DNA of 64,000 nt from Methanothermococcus sp. Ax23 (GCF_049075655.1 NZ_CP157522.1:1120001-1184000); one strand, 5' to 3'. Positions 29,666 to 41,530 are shown, counted from the first letter of the stretch. Notes: generated by a model from the letters alone, not told the origin. Translations and numbers: made by a program.

Positions 29666-31228
29666 ATGTGTTCAATAAATGGAATAATCGTAAAAGATGA
29701 CGACGATGACCCGAGTAGTTGTAAAAAGAAGATTTTAGAATATTTAATTAATGGAATGAAGATTTTAAAACATAGAGGTCCAGATGGCTCTGGATTAATG
29801 TTTGATGATGAAGTTATTTATTTTAAAGAGTTTAGTGATGTAAGGATACCAGTTAATAAATCCAACAGATTGGGTATAGGGCATAACAGACTGGCTATTG
29901 TAGGTCATGCAAGTCAGCCAATCCCAAACGAGGACGAAAGTATATGGACAATCTGCAACGGAGAAATTTATAATTACTATGAATTAATGGAAGATTTGCA
30001 AAATGACCATGGGATTAATACTGATACTGATACAGAGGTTATACTCCATACCTACGAAGATGATTTATTAAATGAGCTCGACGGAGATTATGCATACTGC
30101 CTGTATGATAAAAATAAAAACACGATAATGTTAAGAAGGGACATTTTTGGAGTAAAGCCGCTTTTTTATATAAATAGGGATAAATACTTTGCCTTTGCTT
30201 CTGAGAAAAAGGCATTATGGCATTTGCTGATGGAAATAGACGGAATGTCATTTGAAGAGGCATACAATTACCCAGTATCTCGTTTAAATCCAAACAGTCA
30301 GTTGATATATGACTTAAATGAAAATGAATATGAAGTGGAGGAGAATATCCAAAAAATTAGAGTGGATTATTTTGAAAATAACTACAATACAAACACGGAT
30401 TATGAAACCTGTAAAAAGGAACTTGAAGAAGCACTATGGGACTCAGTATCAAAGAGAACTAGGGGAATTGACAGGGTTGGAATTATCTATTCTGGCGGTG
30501 TTGATAGCACACTTATAGCAAAAATGGCGTCAGAGTATTGTGATGTAATACTATACACAGTAGGCACGGAAGAAAGTGAAGATATAGAATATGCTGAAAA
30601 AGCTTCAAAGGATATGGGTCTAAAATTCAGAAAAAAAATCATACCGCCAGAGGAATATGAGAAATACCTTTTAAATGTGGCTTATGCCATTGACGAAATA
30701 GATTTGATGAAACTTGCAGTGGGTATCCCAATATATGTTGCTTCTGAAATGGCTAAGGAAGATGGAATAAAAGTGGTATTATCAGGGCAGGGTGCAGATG
30801 AGTTATTCGGTGGATATAATAGATATGGAAGAATATTGGCTGAAAAAGGAGAGGAAGAACTTAAAAAATCACTACATAATGATGTAATGAATATCTATAA
30901 AGTAAACCTTGAAAGGGATGACCACTGCACAATGGCAAATGGTGTAGAGCTCAGGGTTCCATTTTTAGATAAAGATGTGGTTGAAGTGGGGCTGTCCTTA
31001 CCTATCGAATATAAACTAAATGATACCGAAAGAAAAATAATTTTAAGGGATGTTGCTTCAAATTATATTCCAGATTATATAGCTTATCGACCTAAAAAAG
31101 CGGCACAATATGGAAGCGGAAGCGAAAAAATGATATATGCCGTTGCAAGAAAATACGGATATTCAAAAAAGAAAATAAATGAATTCTTTGAAAATGTTTT
31201 AATGGAAAAGATAAGGAATATGCATTAA
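29666..31228 (+). CDS. asnB: Asparagine synthetase (glutamine-hydrolysing)
   Basis: N-terminal Cys, HRGPD, NGEIYN, SGGVDS and SGQGADELFGGY motifs. Confidence 0.95.
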   Translation: MCSINGIIVKDDDDDPSSCKKKILEYLINGMKILKHRGPDGSGLMFDDEVIYFKEFSDVRIPVNKSNRLGIGHNRLAIVGHASQPIPNEDESIWTICNGEIYNYYELMEDLQNDHGINTDTDTEVILHTYEDDLLNELDGDYAYCLYDKNKNTIMLRRDIFGVKPLFYINRDKYFAFASEKKALWHLLMEIDGMSFEEAYNYPVSRLNPNSQLIYDLNENEYEVEENIQKIRVDYFENNYNTNTDYETCKKELEEALWDSVSKRTRGIDRVGIIYSGGVDSTLIAKMASEYCDVILYTVGTEESEDIEYAEKASKDMGLKFRKKIIPPEEYEKYLLNVAYAIDEIDLMKLAVGIPIYVASEMAKEDGIKVVLSGQGADELFGGYNRYGRILAEKGEEELKKSLHNDVMNIYKVNLERDDHCTMANGVELRVPFLDKDVVEVGLSLPIEYKLNDTERKIILRDVASNYIPDYIAYRPKKAAQYGSGSEKMIYAVARKYGYSKKKINEFFENVLMEKIRNMH

Positions 31229-31266
31229 TTTAATTTTTAATTTATTTTATAATATATTCATTCATA

Positions 31267-32172
31267 TTACCATCCAATATCTATTAATTTCCCATCATAA
31301 ACAATAACTGCATCCCCTTTCATATAAACTCCATCTTCTTTAATTTCAATTTCCAAATCTCCACCATCTAAATGTGCTAAAACCTTACTTCCTGTTTTTC
31401 CAAGTTTATGGGCAATAATTACTGAGCTCGTTGTTCCAGTTCCACATGCTGTTGTATAACCTGCCCCTCTTTCCCATGTAAGTATTTTTATTTCTTCTGG
31501 ACTTATAACCTCTATAAAATGGACATTTATTCTTTCTGGGAATACTTCGTGGTTTTCTATCTCTTTACCTAAAATATTTAAGTTATCTCTTGCAAAATCC
31601 ATAGTAATATCGTTATCTTCAACAAATATCACAGCGTGGGGATTCCCAACATTTACAACGCTTAATTTAATTTCATCCATCAAATCATTATTTAATTTAA
31701 CACTTTCATTTAAAAATTCATCCTCTTTGGACTTCCCTTCTATCTTCATAGGTATGTCTTTTAGTTTAAATTTCGGAGCTCCCATATATACTTTAACTGT
31801 TTTTACAATATCGTTTTCTATCTCCATCTCAGAAACTCTTAAACCGCCCTTTGTTTCTACATTCAAGGGATTCTTTTTTAATATCCTCTCATAAACATAC
31901 TTGGAGAAGCACCTTATTCCATTTCCACACATTTCAGCTTCTGACCCATCACTGTTGAATATCCTAAACCTCACATCGTATTTATCATCGGTTGGTTTTT
32001 GGACATATATGACACCATCGGCACCAATTGAAAATCCTCTCCTACATATTTTCCTTGAAAATTCTTCTTTGTCTTCTTCTTTTATTTTTATCTCATCAAA
32101 TTCATTTATTACAATATAGTCATTCCCAAGACCGTGCATTTTTGTAAATTCTAAATCTTTTATGTCCATCAT
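31267..32172 (-). CDS. dapF: Diaminopimelate epimerase
   Basis: KMHGLGND, EMCGNG, GNPH and ERGAG..ACGTG motifs. Confidence 0.97.
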   Translation of the reverse strand: MMDIKDLEFTKMHGLGNDYIVINEFDEIKIKEEDKEEFSRKICRRGFSIGADGVIYVQKPTDDKYDVRFRIFNSDGSEAEMCGNGIRCFSKYVYERILKKNPLNVETKGGLRVSEMEIENDIVKTVKVYMGAPKFKLKDIPMKIEGKSKEDEFLNESVKLNNDLMDEIKLSVVNVGNPHAVIFVEDNDITMDFARDNLNILGKEIENHEVFPERINVHFIEVISPEEIKILTWERGAGYTTACGTGTTSSVIIAHKLGKTGSKVLAHLDGGDLEIEIKEDGVYMKGDAVIVYDGKLIDIGW

Positions 32173-32250
32173 ATCACCATATTTATTTAATTACTTATTT
32201 AAATATTCAATATTTTCAAAAAATTTAAAAAATAAAATAATAATAAAAAA

Positions 32251-32541
32251 TTATTCTGCACTTGGTCTTTTGCTTATGATTTTAACCTTGTTTATTTTTG
32301 ATTCATCAATAACAACAACATCCCTTATGGCTAAAACTATTTTATATGGTATTAATCTATAACAGTCATCAGATGGAGGTATAGGGCTCTGGTCTGATGG
32401 TTCCACATCTAATGAAATTATTTTTCCAGTATTCTCATCAATTACCACATCAATTACTTTTCCTATAATGCTCCCCATATTTCCTACAATTGATTTTCCA
32501 TATAACCTTTTAAATGGAATTTTAGTATCATTCATTCTCAT
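32251..32541 (-). CDS. PRC-barrel domain protein
   Basis: LYGKSIV..G..IGKVIDVVIDENTG, IPY..V..I.DVVVI. Confidence 0.85.
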   Translation of the reverse strand: MRMNDTKIPFKRLYGKSIVGNMGSIIGKVIDVVIDENTGKIISLDVEPSDQSPIPPSDDCYRLIPYKIVLAIRDVVVIDESKINKVKIISKRPSAE

Positions 32542-32574
32542 AAACTCACCGTATATATTATTATCATTATTATT

Positions 32575-33162
32575 TTATTCCAGCAGTTGATTTTCAACAA
32601 GGTTTCTATCTTCCAAGGTATTTATATTTAATATTGGTTCATCAATTATATATAATTCTTCTCTTTGTTCGCCATACTTTGGACTTAGTATATTAATGCC
32701 TAATGGAACATAGCCATTCAGCACGATACTGGGATTACCTGGATAGGCATCTTTTTCAATAGCTACACAGAGGGATTCTAAATTAGTTATTTTAGATTTT
32801 ATACTATGGTATTGATTTATAATTTTATTTATGGTTTTTGATTTGATTGTGGGAATATCGCAGGATAGCACCATGAAAGGTTCTGAAAAATATACTATAC
32901 ATTCGTTTAAATCATGAACATAATCTATTCCTAATGTTTTAATCAAATGTATATTTTTATTATCGTCGTATTTTTTAGCCAAATACTCCTCGGTTTTTGA
33001 GGTATTTTTTGATACTGCAATATATATATTGTTAATATTAGATTTTAAAAGCGCTTCAATAACATAATCTATCATAGGTTTTTTTAGAATGGGCAATAAA
33101 GGTTTTTCAATAGCTAAATTTAACCTCGTGCCTTTTCCACCAGCCATTATTAACGCATCCAT
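32575..33162 (-). CDS. cobY: Adenosylcobinamide-phosphate guanylyltransferase
   Basis: MAGGKGTRL, EKPLL, SCDIP and NINT motifs. Confidence 0.88.
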   Translation of the reverse strand: MDALIMAGGKGTRLNLAIEKPLLPILKKPMIDYVIEALLKSNINNIYIAVSKNTSKTEEYLAKKYDDNKNIHLIKTLGIDYVHDLNECIVYFSEPFMVLSCDIPTIKSKTINKIINQYHSIKSKITNLESLCVAIEKDAYPGNPSIVLNGYVPLGINILSPKYGEQREELYIIDEPILNINTLEDRNLVENQLLE

Positions 33163-33259
33163 ATTGTCACAGTTATATTATATGATTATAAATAGTTATA
33201 ATAACATATATCAATAATAAAAATATATATGTATGATGTAAAAAATAAAAAGGGAAATC

Positions 33260-33850
33260 ATGGAATTATTAGGTTATATAGTTATAACAAATTTGATAAT
33301 TTTGGTTGTATTATTATATTTCGTTTTTAATTTGTCAAAGAAAATTGATATATTGGCATTAACCGATAAAACTAATAATTCATCCATAACTAATATAAAC
33401 CCTCAAACCAAAAAAACCAAAATAGAACTATTAAACGATGAGAAATATTATTACTATGTTCTTAATCTCATATCTTCTGCTAAAAAAGAAATAAATATCA
33501 TCATGTTTTCAATATATAAATGTAAAAAAACAGAAGATATACTACATGAACTTATAAATGCTAGAAAAAGAGGCGTAATGGTTAGAGTTATACTTGATGG
33601 AGAGGTAGAATCCAATAAATTAATAAAACATTTACTAAGTAGTGAGCGAATACCTGTAAAACTAACTGAACGCCAAAGAACCCATAATAAACTTATAATT
33701 GTAGATGATGAAATAGTAGTGCTTGGAAGCCATAATTGGACTGATAAAGCACTTTTTGAAAATAGAGAATCTAGTGTTGCTATAATCGATAAAAAAATAG
33801 TTAATAAAGAGAAAGATTATTTTGAGTCAGTATGGGGTTCTATAAAATAA
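33260..33850 (+). CDS. Phospholipase D-family nuclease with a single HKD motif and an N-terminal TM
   Basis: HNKLIIVD..GSHNWT..NRE. Confidence 0.88.
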   Translation: MELLGYIVITNLIILVVLLYFVFNLSKKIDILALTDKTNNSSITNINPQTKKTKIELLNDEKYYYYVLNLISSAKKEINIIMFSIYKCKKTEDILHELINARKRGVMVRVILDGEVESNKLIKHLLSSERIPVKLTERQRTHNKLIIVDDEIVVLGSHNWTDKALFENRESSVAIIDKKIVNKEKDYFESVWGSIK

Positions 33851-33871
33851 TGCAATAATATGGTGAATTAA

Positions 33872-34318
33872 ATGAAAAAAAGTTTAAAGGTCAAGCCAAT
33901 TGAAAACGGAACAGTAATCGACCACATAAACAAAGGAAAAGCATTAAAAGTTTATAAGGTTTTAAACATAGATAAAAATCAAACTGTAACTATTGCCATG
34001 AATGTGTCATCTGAAAAAAATGAAAAAAAAGATGTTTTAAAGATAGAAGGTATAGAGCTCTCAAAAGAAGATGTAAATAAAATAAGTCTTATATCTCCAA
34101 ATGCCACAATAAACATAATAAAGGATGGAGTTGTTGTAAGAAAATTTAAAGTTGAAATACCCGACACCATAGAAGGTATATTAAAATGCACAAATCCAAA
34201 CTGCATTACTCAGATTGAAAATATTGCCGGTAAATTTAAAGTTGAAGAGAAAGAACCTTTAAAAATAAGATGTGCATACTGTGAAAAATTTTTAAATTCT
34301 ATTGAAATATGTCGATAA
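33872..34318 (+). CDS. pyrI: Aspartate carbamoyltransferase regulatory subunit
   Basis: NGTVIDHI, CTNPNCIT and CAYCE motifs. Confidence 0.97.
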   Translation: MKKSLKVKPIENGTVIDHINKGKALKVYKVLNIDKNQTVTIAMNVSSEKNEKKDVLKIEGIELSKEDVNKISLISPNATINIIKDGVVVRKFKVEIPDTIEGILKCTNPNCITQIENIAGKFKVEEKEPLKIRCAYCEKFLNSIEICR

Positions 34319-34319
34319 G

Positions 34320-34574
34320 GTGAAGTACCCCTTCCGTAAGGAAGGGGCTTCCTGCTTCACTGAACGAGCTTGCCATCATCGGTAGTTATTAACACCTAGG
34401 TAGAGGCTCACTTCTCCACAGGCTCACCCCCGCCTCCCGCAGGTGTATGGAGATAGTGTAGAATGGGCTTGGTTTTCACCCATTAACATATTATATCTTA
34501 TGATATCTATTATTTATATTTTTGGTCGGCTCTCATCCCCGCCATTACGGACGGGGTCTTCCCGCCGATATTGG
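34320..34574 (-). mobile_element. Second-family non-autonomous IS605/IS1341-type mini-element (~255 bp)
   Basis: Minus strand: TTTAT|CCAATATCGGC..CCCCGTCCGTAATGGCGGGGATGAGAGCCG left end, TATA, then GCCTGTGGAG...GAAGCAGGAAGCCCCTTCCTTACGGAAGGGGTACTTCAC, a typical tnpB right end. Single copy, so ends are uncertain by a few nt. Confidence 0.8.
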
Positions 34575-34694
34575 ATAAATTAATTGAAATAAAAATAATA
34601 ATAGATAAAAAATAAAAAATGAAATATAACGAAAAAGATATAGATGAAAGATAAGAAAGATATATGAAAGGATATGGAATATTAAGGTGATATT

Positions 34695-35780
34695 GTGAAA
34701 TTACATGAATATGAAGCAAAGGAAATATTTAAAAAATATAAAATACCTGTTCCAGAAGGATTCATAACATCAACAGAAATCGAAAAATTAGACAAACCTG
34801 CTGTAATAAAGGCACAAGTTCTTGTAGGTGGAAGGGGAAAAGCCGGTGGAATTTTATTTGCGGATACCGTGGATGAAGCTAATGAGAAAATCAAGGAATT
34901 ATTAAACAAAGATATAAAAGGAGAAAAAGTTGAAAAAGTCCTCATTGAAGAGAAAATTCCTATTAAAAAGGAATATTATTTAGGAATAACAATAGATAGG
35001 GCAGAGAGAAAGCCAGTAATCATGTTTTCAACAGAAGGTGGGGTAGAAATAGAGGAAGTTGCAAAAACCAATCCTGAAAAAATAATAAAATACCATGTTA
35101 ATCCACAGGATGAATTTTTACCATATATTGCGAGAAATATTTTAAAAGATGCAGAAATTCCTTCAAATGAAATTCCGAAGGTTGCAGATATAATTTACAA
35201 ATTATACAATGTATTTAAAGATATGGATGGAATGCTTGTGGAGATAAACCCTGTTGTAATTACAGAAGATGGAAGAGCTCTCGCAGCTGATGCAGTTTTG
35301 AATGTGGATGATGATGCATATTATAGGCATGACTACACCCAATTTGAAGAATATAGTAAAAAAGATAAACTTGAATTTGCCTATGTAGAGCTCGATGGAG
35401 ATATTGGAGTCATAGGAAATGGTGCTGGCCTCACACTTGCAAGTATGGATATGGTAAAAGAATATGGTGGAAATCCAGCATGTTTCTTAGATATTGGAGG
35501 CGGAGCAAATGAAGAGACCGTTAAAAAAGCACTTGAAAAGGTATTAGAAAGGGATGTAAAAGGTATATTTATAAATGTGCTTGCAGGTATTACAAGGTGC
35601 GATGAAGTTGCAAAGGGCATTGTTGAAGTATTGAAAAAACATCCAGATGTAAAGTTTGCCGTAAGGATGATGGGGACAAACGAAGAAGAAGGAAGAAAAA
35701 TATTAACTGAAAACGGCATCCCATTTGAACGCTCAATGGAAGGTGCCGCTAAAAAATTGATGGAAATGATTAATTCATAA
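34695..35780 (+). CDS. sucC: Succinyl-CoA synthetase beta subunit
   Basis: KLHEYEAK, GGRGKAGG, EINP and GNGAGL motifs. Confidence 0.95.
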   Translation: MKLHEYEAKEIFKKYKIPVPEGFITSTEIEKLDKPAVIKAQVLVGGRGKAGGILFADTVDEANEKIKELLNKDIKGEKVEKVLIEEKIPIKKEYYLGITIDRAERKPVIMFSTEGGVEIEEVAKTNPEKIIKYHVNPQDEFLPYIARNILKDAEIPSNEIPKVADIIYKLYNVFKDMDGMLVEINPVVITEDGRALAADAVLNVDDDAYYRHDYTQFEEYSKKDKLEFAYVELDGDIGVIGNGAGLTLASMDMVKEYGGNPACFLDIGGGANEETVKKALEKVLERDVKGIFINVLAGITRCDEVAKGIVEVLKKHPDVKFAVRMMGTNEEEGRKILTENGIPFERSMEGAAKKLMEMINS

Positions 35781-35970
35781 CTTACAATAATATTTCATAA
35801 AAATCTATTTATTAATATATTATAATATCACACTATTTTAAAATTAAAAATTAAAGTTAAAAATAAATACTATTTGTTATAACCATAATGAGAAATATAT
35901 TTAATTTATAATTTATTATAATTATTATAATTTTTATAGCAATTACAAATATATCATCACAGGTGGAATT

Positions 35971-37410
35971 TTGAAAAGGAATGATATACAGAAGGTAATG
36001 ATATTAGGTTCCGGACCTATCGTAATAGGTCAGGCGGCAGAATTCGATTTTTCAGGTTCTCAGGCGTGTAAGTCGTTGAGAGAAGAAGGAATATATACTA
36101 TTTTGGTAAATTCAAACCCTGCAACAATCCAAACTGATACCAATATTGCAGATAAAGTTTATCTTGAACCACTTCATCCAAAGATTGTGGAAAAAATTAT
36201 AGAGAAGGAAAGGCCTGATGCCATACTTCCAACGATGGGCGGTCAGACTGGATTAAATCTAGCCATGGACCTCCACAGAATGGGAGTTTTAGAAAAATAC
36301 GGCGTAGAATTGCTTGGTTCAAAAGTGGAAGTAATAGAAACAAGTGAAGATAGGGAGCTCTTCAACAGAGCTATGGAAGAAATAGGTGAGCCAGTAACAA
36401 AATCTTATGCTGTAAATTCAATTGAAGAGGCATTGGATGCAGTAGCTGAGCTCGGTTATCCTGTGATAGTTAGACCTGCATTCACACTTGGAGGAACTGG
36501 TGGAGGTATTGCCCACAACGAAGAGGAACTAATAGAAATTACTGAAAAAGGTCTTAAATATTCTATCATCAATCAGGTTTTAATAGATGAAAGCGTTCTT
36601 GGATGGAAAGAATATGAATACGAAGTAATGAGGGATGCAAAGGATAACTGTATTGTTGTATGTAATATGGAAAACATAGACCCTATGGGAATACACACAG
36701 GAGAAAGTATTGTTGTAGCTCCATCCCAGACCCTAAGTGATGAAGTGCATCAAAGACTTAGAAATGCGGCATTGAAAATCATAAGACACTTAAAGATAGA
36801 AGGGGGCTGTAATGTCCAGTTTGCCGTAAATAAAGACATGACTGAGTATAGAGTAATCGAGGTAAATCCAAGAGTAAGTAGGAGCTCCGCACTTGCAAGT
36901 AAGGCAACAGGATATCCAATTGCTAAGATAGCTGCTAAGATAGCCATTGGAATGACCCTTGATGAGATTAAAAATGATGTTACAAAGGAAACTCCTGCGA
37001 GCTTCGAGCCAACTCTTGATTATGTTGTTGTAAAGATACCAAGATGGCCATTTGACAAGTTTAGAACTGTTGATAAGCACTTAGGAACAAGTATGAAATC
37101 CACAGGAGAAGTAATGGCAATAGGTAGGACCCTTGAAGAAGCACTTCAAAAGGCAATTAGAAGTTTAGATATTGGAAGACATGGTTTAATTGGAGATGGC
37201 AAGGGTATAAGCTATACCAACGAGGAAATCAACGATATATTAAAAAATCCAACTGATGAAAGAATATTTGTAATAGCTGAGGCACTTGATAGGGGCTGGA
37301 CAGTTTCAGAAATATGCGAATTAACAAACATAAATGAATTTTTCATTAAGAAAATAAAAAATATTGTTGATATGAAGAAGGAGCTCGAAGTTTTATCTAA
37401 GTTAATTTAA
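35971..37410 (+). CDS. carB: Carbamoyl-phosphate synthase large subunit, N-terminal section
   Basis: [17 protein letters not shown] and [18 protein letters not shown]. Confidence 0.96.
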   Translation: MKRNDIQKVMILGSGPIVIGQAAEFDFSGSQACKSLREEGIYTILVNSNPATIQTDTNIADKVYLEPLHPKIVEKIIEKERPDAILPTMGGQTGLNLAMDLHRMGVLEKYGVELLGSKVEVIETSEDRELFNRAMEEIGEPVTKSYAVNSIEEALDAVAELGYPVIVRPAFTLGGTGGGIAHNEEELIEITEKGLKYSIINQVLIDESVLGWKEYEYEVMRDAKDNCIVVCNMENIDPMGIHTGESIVVAPSQTLSDEVHQRLRNAALKIIRHLKIEGGCNVQFAVNKDMTEYRVIEVNPRVSRSSALASKATGYPIAKIAAKIAIGMTLDEIKNDVTKETPASFEPTLDYVVVKIPRWPFDKFRTVDKHLGTSMKSTGEVMAIGRTLEEALQKAIRSLDIGRHGLIGDGKGISYTNEEINDILKNPTDERIFVIAEALDRGWTVSEICELTNINEFFIKKIKNIVDMKKELEVLSKLI

Positions 37411-37455
37411 AGAATTAATTTAATAATTATCATTATATTATTTATGGTGAAACAC

Positions 37456-39270
37456 ATGGTAGAAAACGAAAAACTAAAAGAAGTAATACTTAAAGCAAAA
37501 ATGCTTGGTTTTTCCGATGTTCAATTGGCGAATTTATTAAACAAGGACGAGAAGGAAATTAGAGAATTAAGAAAAGAGCTCAATGTAGTGCCAGTTTATA
37601 AAATGGTAGATACCTGTGCTGCTGAATTCGAAGCAAAAACACCATACTATTACTCCTGCTATGAAAATCTATTTTATGACGAACAGAACGAAAGCGTTCC
37701 ATCGGACAGGAAGAAGGTAATAATTTTAGGTTCAGGACCTATAAGAATTGGTCAGGGTGTAGAATTCGATTATTCAACAGTTCATGCAATATTTGCTTTA
37801 AAAGATATGGGAATTGAGGCAATAATTGTAAATAACAACCCTGAAACAGTATCCACAGATTACGATACCTCAGATAAACTCTATTTTGAGCCGCTTACCT
37901 TTGAGGAAATTATGAATATTATTGAAAACGAAAATAAAAACGGCGAGTTGTTGGGAGTAGTTGTTCAGTTTGGAGGGCAGACCGCAATAAACCTTGCTAT
38001 GAAGTTATACAATGCTGGTGTAAATATACTTGGAACATCACCTCAATCCATTGATTTAGCAGAGGATAGAGAGCAGTTCTCCGAGATATTGAAAAAATTG
38101 AATATACCTCAGGCTGAGGGAGCTACGGTATATAATGAAGAAGATGCCTTAAAAGTTGCTGAAAAAATCGGTTATCCTGTGCTTGTTAGACCGTCCTATG
38201 TTCTCGGTGGAAGGGCAATGGAAATCGTATATAATGAGGATGAATTAAAGGACTATATGAAAGAGGCTGTAAAGGTATCCTCCGAGCATCCTATATTAAT
38301 TGACAAGTTTTTAGATGATGCAGTTGAAGTTGATGTGGATGCTATTTGCGACGGCGAAGATGTGTTTATTGGAGGAATTATGGAACACATCGAAGAAGCC
38401 GGAGTTCATAGTGGAGATAGTGCCTGCGTAATACCACCTCAGACACTTTCAAAGGATATCGTAGATACAATCGTAGATTACACAACAAAACTTGCAAAAG
38501 AGTTGGGTGTAGTTGGATTGATAAATATACAGTATGCCATAAAGGATGGAATTGTTTATATTATTGAGGCAAACCCAAGGGCAAGTAGAACAATACCTTA
38601 TGTAAGTAAATCCGTTGGAGTTCCTCTTGCAAAGATTGCCACAAAGGTTATAATGGGACACAAACTTAAAGACATGGGATATGTTGGATTGGCAGAGGCA
38701 AAGTATGTAAGTGTTAAAGAGGCAGTATTCCCATTCCAAAAACTACCTGGCGTGGACCCTGTCCTTAGTCCAGAGATGAAATCAACAGGGGAGGCAATAG
38801 GTATTGATACCGACTTTGGTAAGGCATATTATAAAGCACAGCTATCTGCAAACATGGAGCTCCCAACTTCTGGAACAGTGTTCATAAGTGTTAAAAAGAA
38901 AGACAGAAAACATGTCCTTAAAATAGCCGAGAAATTTAATGAATTGGGATTCAATATTGTGGCTACAAGGGGAACAGCGGAAGAGATTAGAAATGGAGGA
39001 ATAGATGCAAAAGTTGTTAAAAAGATATCCGAGGGCATGACTGGAAATATTCTTGAATTAATTCAGAAGGGAGAAATCGATTTAATTATAAACACCTCCT
39101 CAGGAAGCAAGGCAAAATCAGACGGATACTACATTAGAAGGGCAGCAGTGGAGTTTAACTTGCCATATATTACAACAATTCAAGGGGCACTATCCACAAT
39201 TAAGGCGATAGAATCCATTAAAAAAGGAGATTTAGGAGTTTATTCTTTGAATGAGCTTGAAAATAAATAA
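37456..39270 (+). CDS. carB: Carbamoyl-phosphate synthase large subunit, C-terminal section
   Basis: Own GGTGA RBS; VDTCAAEF, GSGPIRIGQGVEFDY, EANPRASRT, MGS domain. Confidence 0.96.
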   Translation: MVENEKLKEVILKAKMLGFSDVQLANLLNKDEKEIRELRKELNVVPVYKMVDTCAAEFEAKTPYYYSCYENLFYDEQNESVPSDRKKVIILGSGPIRIGQGVEFDYSTVHAIFALKDMGIEAIIVNNNPETVSTDYDTSDKLYFEPLTFEEIMNIIENENKNGELLGVVVQFGGQTAINLAMKLYNAGVNILGTSPQSIDLAEDREQFSEILKKLNIPQAEGATVYNEEDALKVAEKIGYPVLVRPSYVLGGRAMEIVYNEDELKDYMKEAVKVSSEHPILIDKFLDDAVEVDVDAICDGEDVFIGGIMEHIEEAGVHSGDSACVIPPQTLSKDIVDTIVDYTTKLAKELGVVGLINIQYAIKDGIVYIIEANPRASRTIPYVSKSVGVPLAKIATKVIMGHKLKDMGYVGLAEAKYVSVKEAVFPFQKLPGVDPVLSPEMKSTGEAIGIDTDFGKAYYKAQLSANMELPTSGTVFISVKKKDRKHVLKIAEKFNELGFNIVATRGTAEEIRNGGIDAKVVKKISEGMTGNILELIQKGEIDLIINTSSGSKAKSDGYYIRRAAVEFNLPYITTIQGALSTIKAIESIKKGDLGVYSLNELENK

Positions 39271-39418
39271 AAATAAATAATAAAACATAATAATTTTTAT
39301 TTTTTAATCTAATTATTATAGTTATAATTATTATAATTATTATCAATTAATTTACTAAATTTTTTTATTTTATTGAATAAATATCAATTACTTAGCAATT
39401 AAACTTAACTGTGATAAA

Positions 39419-40501
39419 ATGGAAAGTTATTTAAAAGAACTCAGAAATAAGCATTTAAAAAAGAGAAAAAAGAAAAATCCAAACATGCCCATAGCCACAT
39501 GGGTTCAGGATGATATATTTTTGGATAAAACTATTGGAAAGAGCTTAACAATCATATTGAGAACTGTTGGTTGTAGATGGGCATACGAAAGCGGCGGATG
39601 CACAATGTGCAGTTATTTAATGGATAGCTCCCCTATAAAAATAAGTGCTGAGAACATTATAAACCAGTTTGAGCATGCCCTAAATAAATACAAAGAGGAA
39701 ATAATAAAAAATCCAAAAAATTATTCAATAAAGTTATTTACATCAGGTAGTTTTTTAGATGAATTCGAGGTTCCAAAAGAGGCGAAGGAACATATTTTCA
39801 AAAAAATAGGGGAGCTCCCCATAAAAGAGGTAGCAGTTGAATCAAGACCTGAGTTCATTACAGATGATAATTTAAAAATAATACGAAAATATATCGATAA
39901 TGAGATAAATGTGGAAATAGGAGTGGGAATCGAGACATTAAATGAAAAAATAAGAAATGTATCAATCCATAAAGGAGTATCTACTGAGGACATTAAAAGT
40001 GCCATAGAAACTGCGAAAAAATACAATATTGGAATAAAGGCATATCTATTAATAAAACCGCCGTTTATTACTGAAAAGCAGGCGGTTGTTGATTCAATTC
40101 ATTCTGCAAATGAGTGCATAAGGATGGGATGCAGTAGAATATCATATTGTCCAGCAACAGTTCATAAGGGAACTTTAATAGAATTACTCTGGAAAAAGAA
40201 CCAATACAGACCGCCGTTTTTATGGAGTGTTTTGGAAATATTGAAGGAGGTAAAATCTCAAAACCCTGATAAACTTATCATGTGTGATACATCAGGAATT
40301 CCATCCAATAGGGGAGCTCATAATAAGATGGACTGTAAATGCAACTATGAAATAAAAGAGATACTTAACGACTTCACAATTACTCAGGATTTGTCATTGA
40401 TTGAAGGAGCTCTCGATATGGGATGCGAATGTAAAAAATACTGGGAAGAATTTATAAACTTTGAAGAAAAGAACATTGTTCCATTGGGAGATAATAAATA
40501 A
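39419..40501 (+). CDS. Radical SAM protein, archaeosine biosynthesis RaSEA-like
   Basis: LRTVGCRW..GGCTMC, KLFTSGSFLD, ESRPE and YRPPFLWS motifs. Confidence 0.85.
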   Translation: MESYLKELRNKHLKKRKKKNPNMPIATWVQDDIFLDKTIGKSLTIILRTVGCRWAYESGGCTMCSYLMDSSPIKISAENIINQFEHALNKYKEEIIKNPKNYSIKLFTSGSFLDEFEVPKEAKEHIFKKIGELPIKEVAVESRPEFITDDNLKIIRKYIDNEINVEIGVGIETLNEKIRNVSIHKGVSTEDIKSAIETAKKYNIGIKAYLLIKPPFITEKQAVVDSIHSANECIRMGCSRISYCPATVHKGTLIELLWKKNQYRPPFLWSVLEILKEVKSQNPDKLIMCDTSGIPSNRGAHNKMDCKCNYEIKEILNDFTITQDLSLIEGALDMGCECKKYWEEFINFEEKNIVPLGDNK

Positions 40502-40555
40502 TAAAAAAGAAAATCTAAAAAAGAAGTTTAAAAAATTCTATATATTATTTTTATT

Positions 40556-41530
40556 TTATTCCAATTCTTTGTATTTTAATGATTGCTTAATTACATCGAT
40601 ATTTGGTTTTCCGTAGCTCACAAGCTTTCCTGTTCTCATGTCGTTTATTGTAACAACAGCTGGTGCAAACATACCTTTGTCTATTTTATAGAAGTCGTAG
40701 TTTGCAGCTTTGAATGTTTCTAAGAATGGTTTTCCGTAGTCTGATGATGAGCAGGAAGGCAATGCTTTACATAAAGCTTCAATATCATCGTTTTCATCAC
40801 TTTCTATGTAGTAGTATGTTCTTCCACCATAAAGCACCATATCGTTTGTAGCCCCCATCATAACTAAATCATCACCGACAATTGGTGCAACTGGTGCAAT
40901 TCCTGCTGCAAATTTAACTTTATTTACATCGAAGTGAAGAGCTTCGAGCATTTTGTAGGTTCCGTTTTCTACAACTCTACCACTGATTTGTATTGAACCT
41001 ACCAATGATGCTGTTGGAGCTACTAAGAGATATACATTTTTAGGCTCAACGCCACATTTTTCAGCAACGTAATCTGCAACTTCTTCATTTGGAAGTTCTG
41101 ATGCTTCTAAACATAATATAGCAACATCTGCATCATCTTCGTATCCAATTTCTTCGTAGGTTGCCTTAGGCATTTTTGCAAGAGCTCTTGCAGGACCTGA
41201 ACCCATGGCGAAGTATTTACCAACTTTAACACTCCAGCCAGCTTTCTGAGCTCCGAGTGTTGCTATTGCTGGATGAGATGTTTTTATTTTAACGGATGGT
41301 AATACTAACTCATCATTTAATGTTCCTGTTATGCTGACACCAACATGTGCCAATCCACCCAAACATACCTTTGTATATGCCTTTCCTGCTTCAAAACTAC
41401 CTGCTACATTAACTCCACAGTCAAGAACAGTTGCTCCATTTTCAAGTGTTATTACTTCAATGTTCATGTCATCTTTTCTTTTAATCATATCTTCAACTAT
41501 TGGAAGAGCCTTTAAATTTACACTTACCAT
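40556..41530 (-). CDS. mch: Methenyltetrahydromethanopterin cyclohydrolase
   Basis: [23 protein letters not shown] and [12 protein letters not shown] motifs. Confidence 0.97.
   Translation of the reverse strand: MVSVNLKALPIVEDMIKRKDDMNIEVITLENGATVLDCGVNVAGSFEAGKAYTKVCLGGLAHVGVSITGTLNDELVLPSVKIKTSHPAIATLGAQKAGWSVKVGKYFAMGSGPARALAKMPKATYEEIGYEDDADVAILCLEASELPNEEVADYVAEKCGVEPKNVYLLVAPTASLVGSIQISGRVVENGTYKMLEALHFDVNKVKFAAGIAPVAPIVGDDLVMMGATNDMVLYGGRTYYYIESDENDDIEALCKALPSCSSSDYGKPFLETFKAANYDFYKIDKGMFAPAVVTINDMRTGKLVSYGKPNIDVIKQSLKYKELE

Noticed and set aside
35971-39270. Split carB as a pseudogene or novelty
   Set aside because: Both halves are intact with their own RBS; split CarB is known in Methanococcales.
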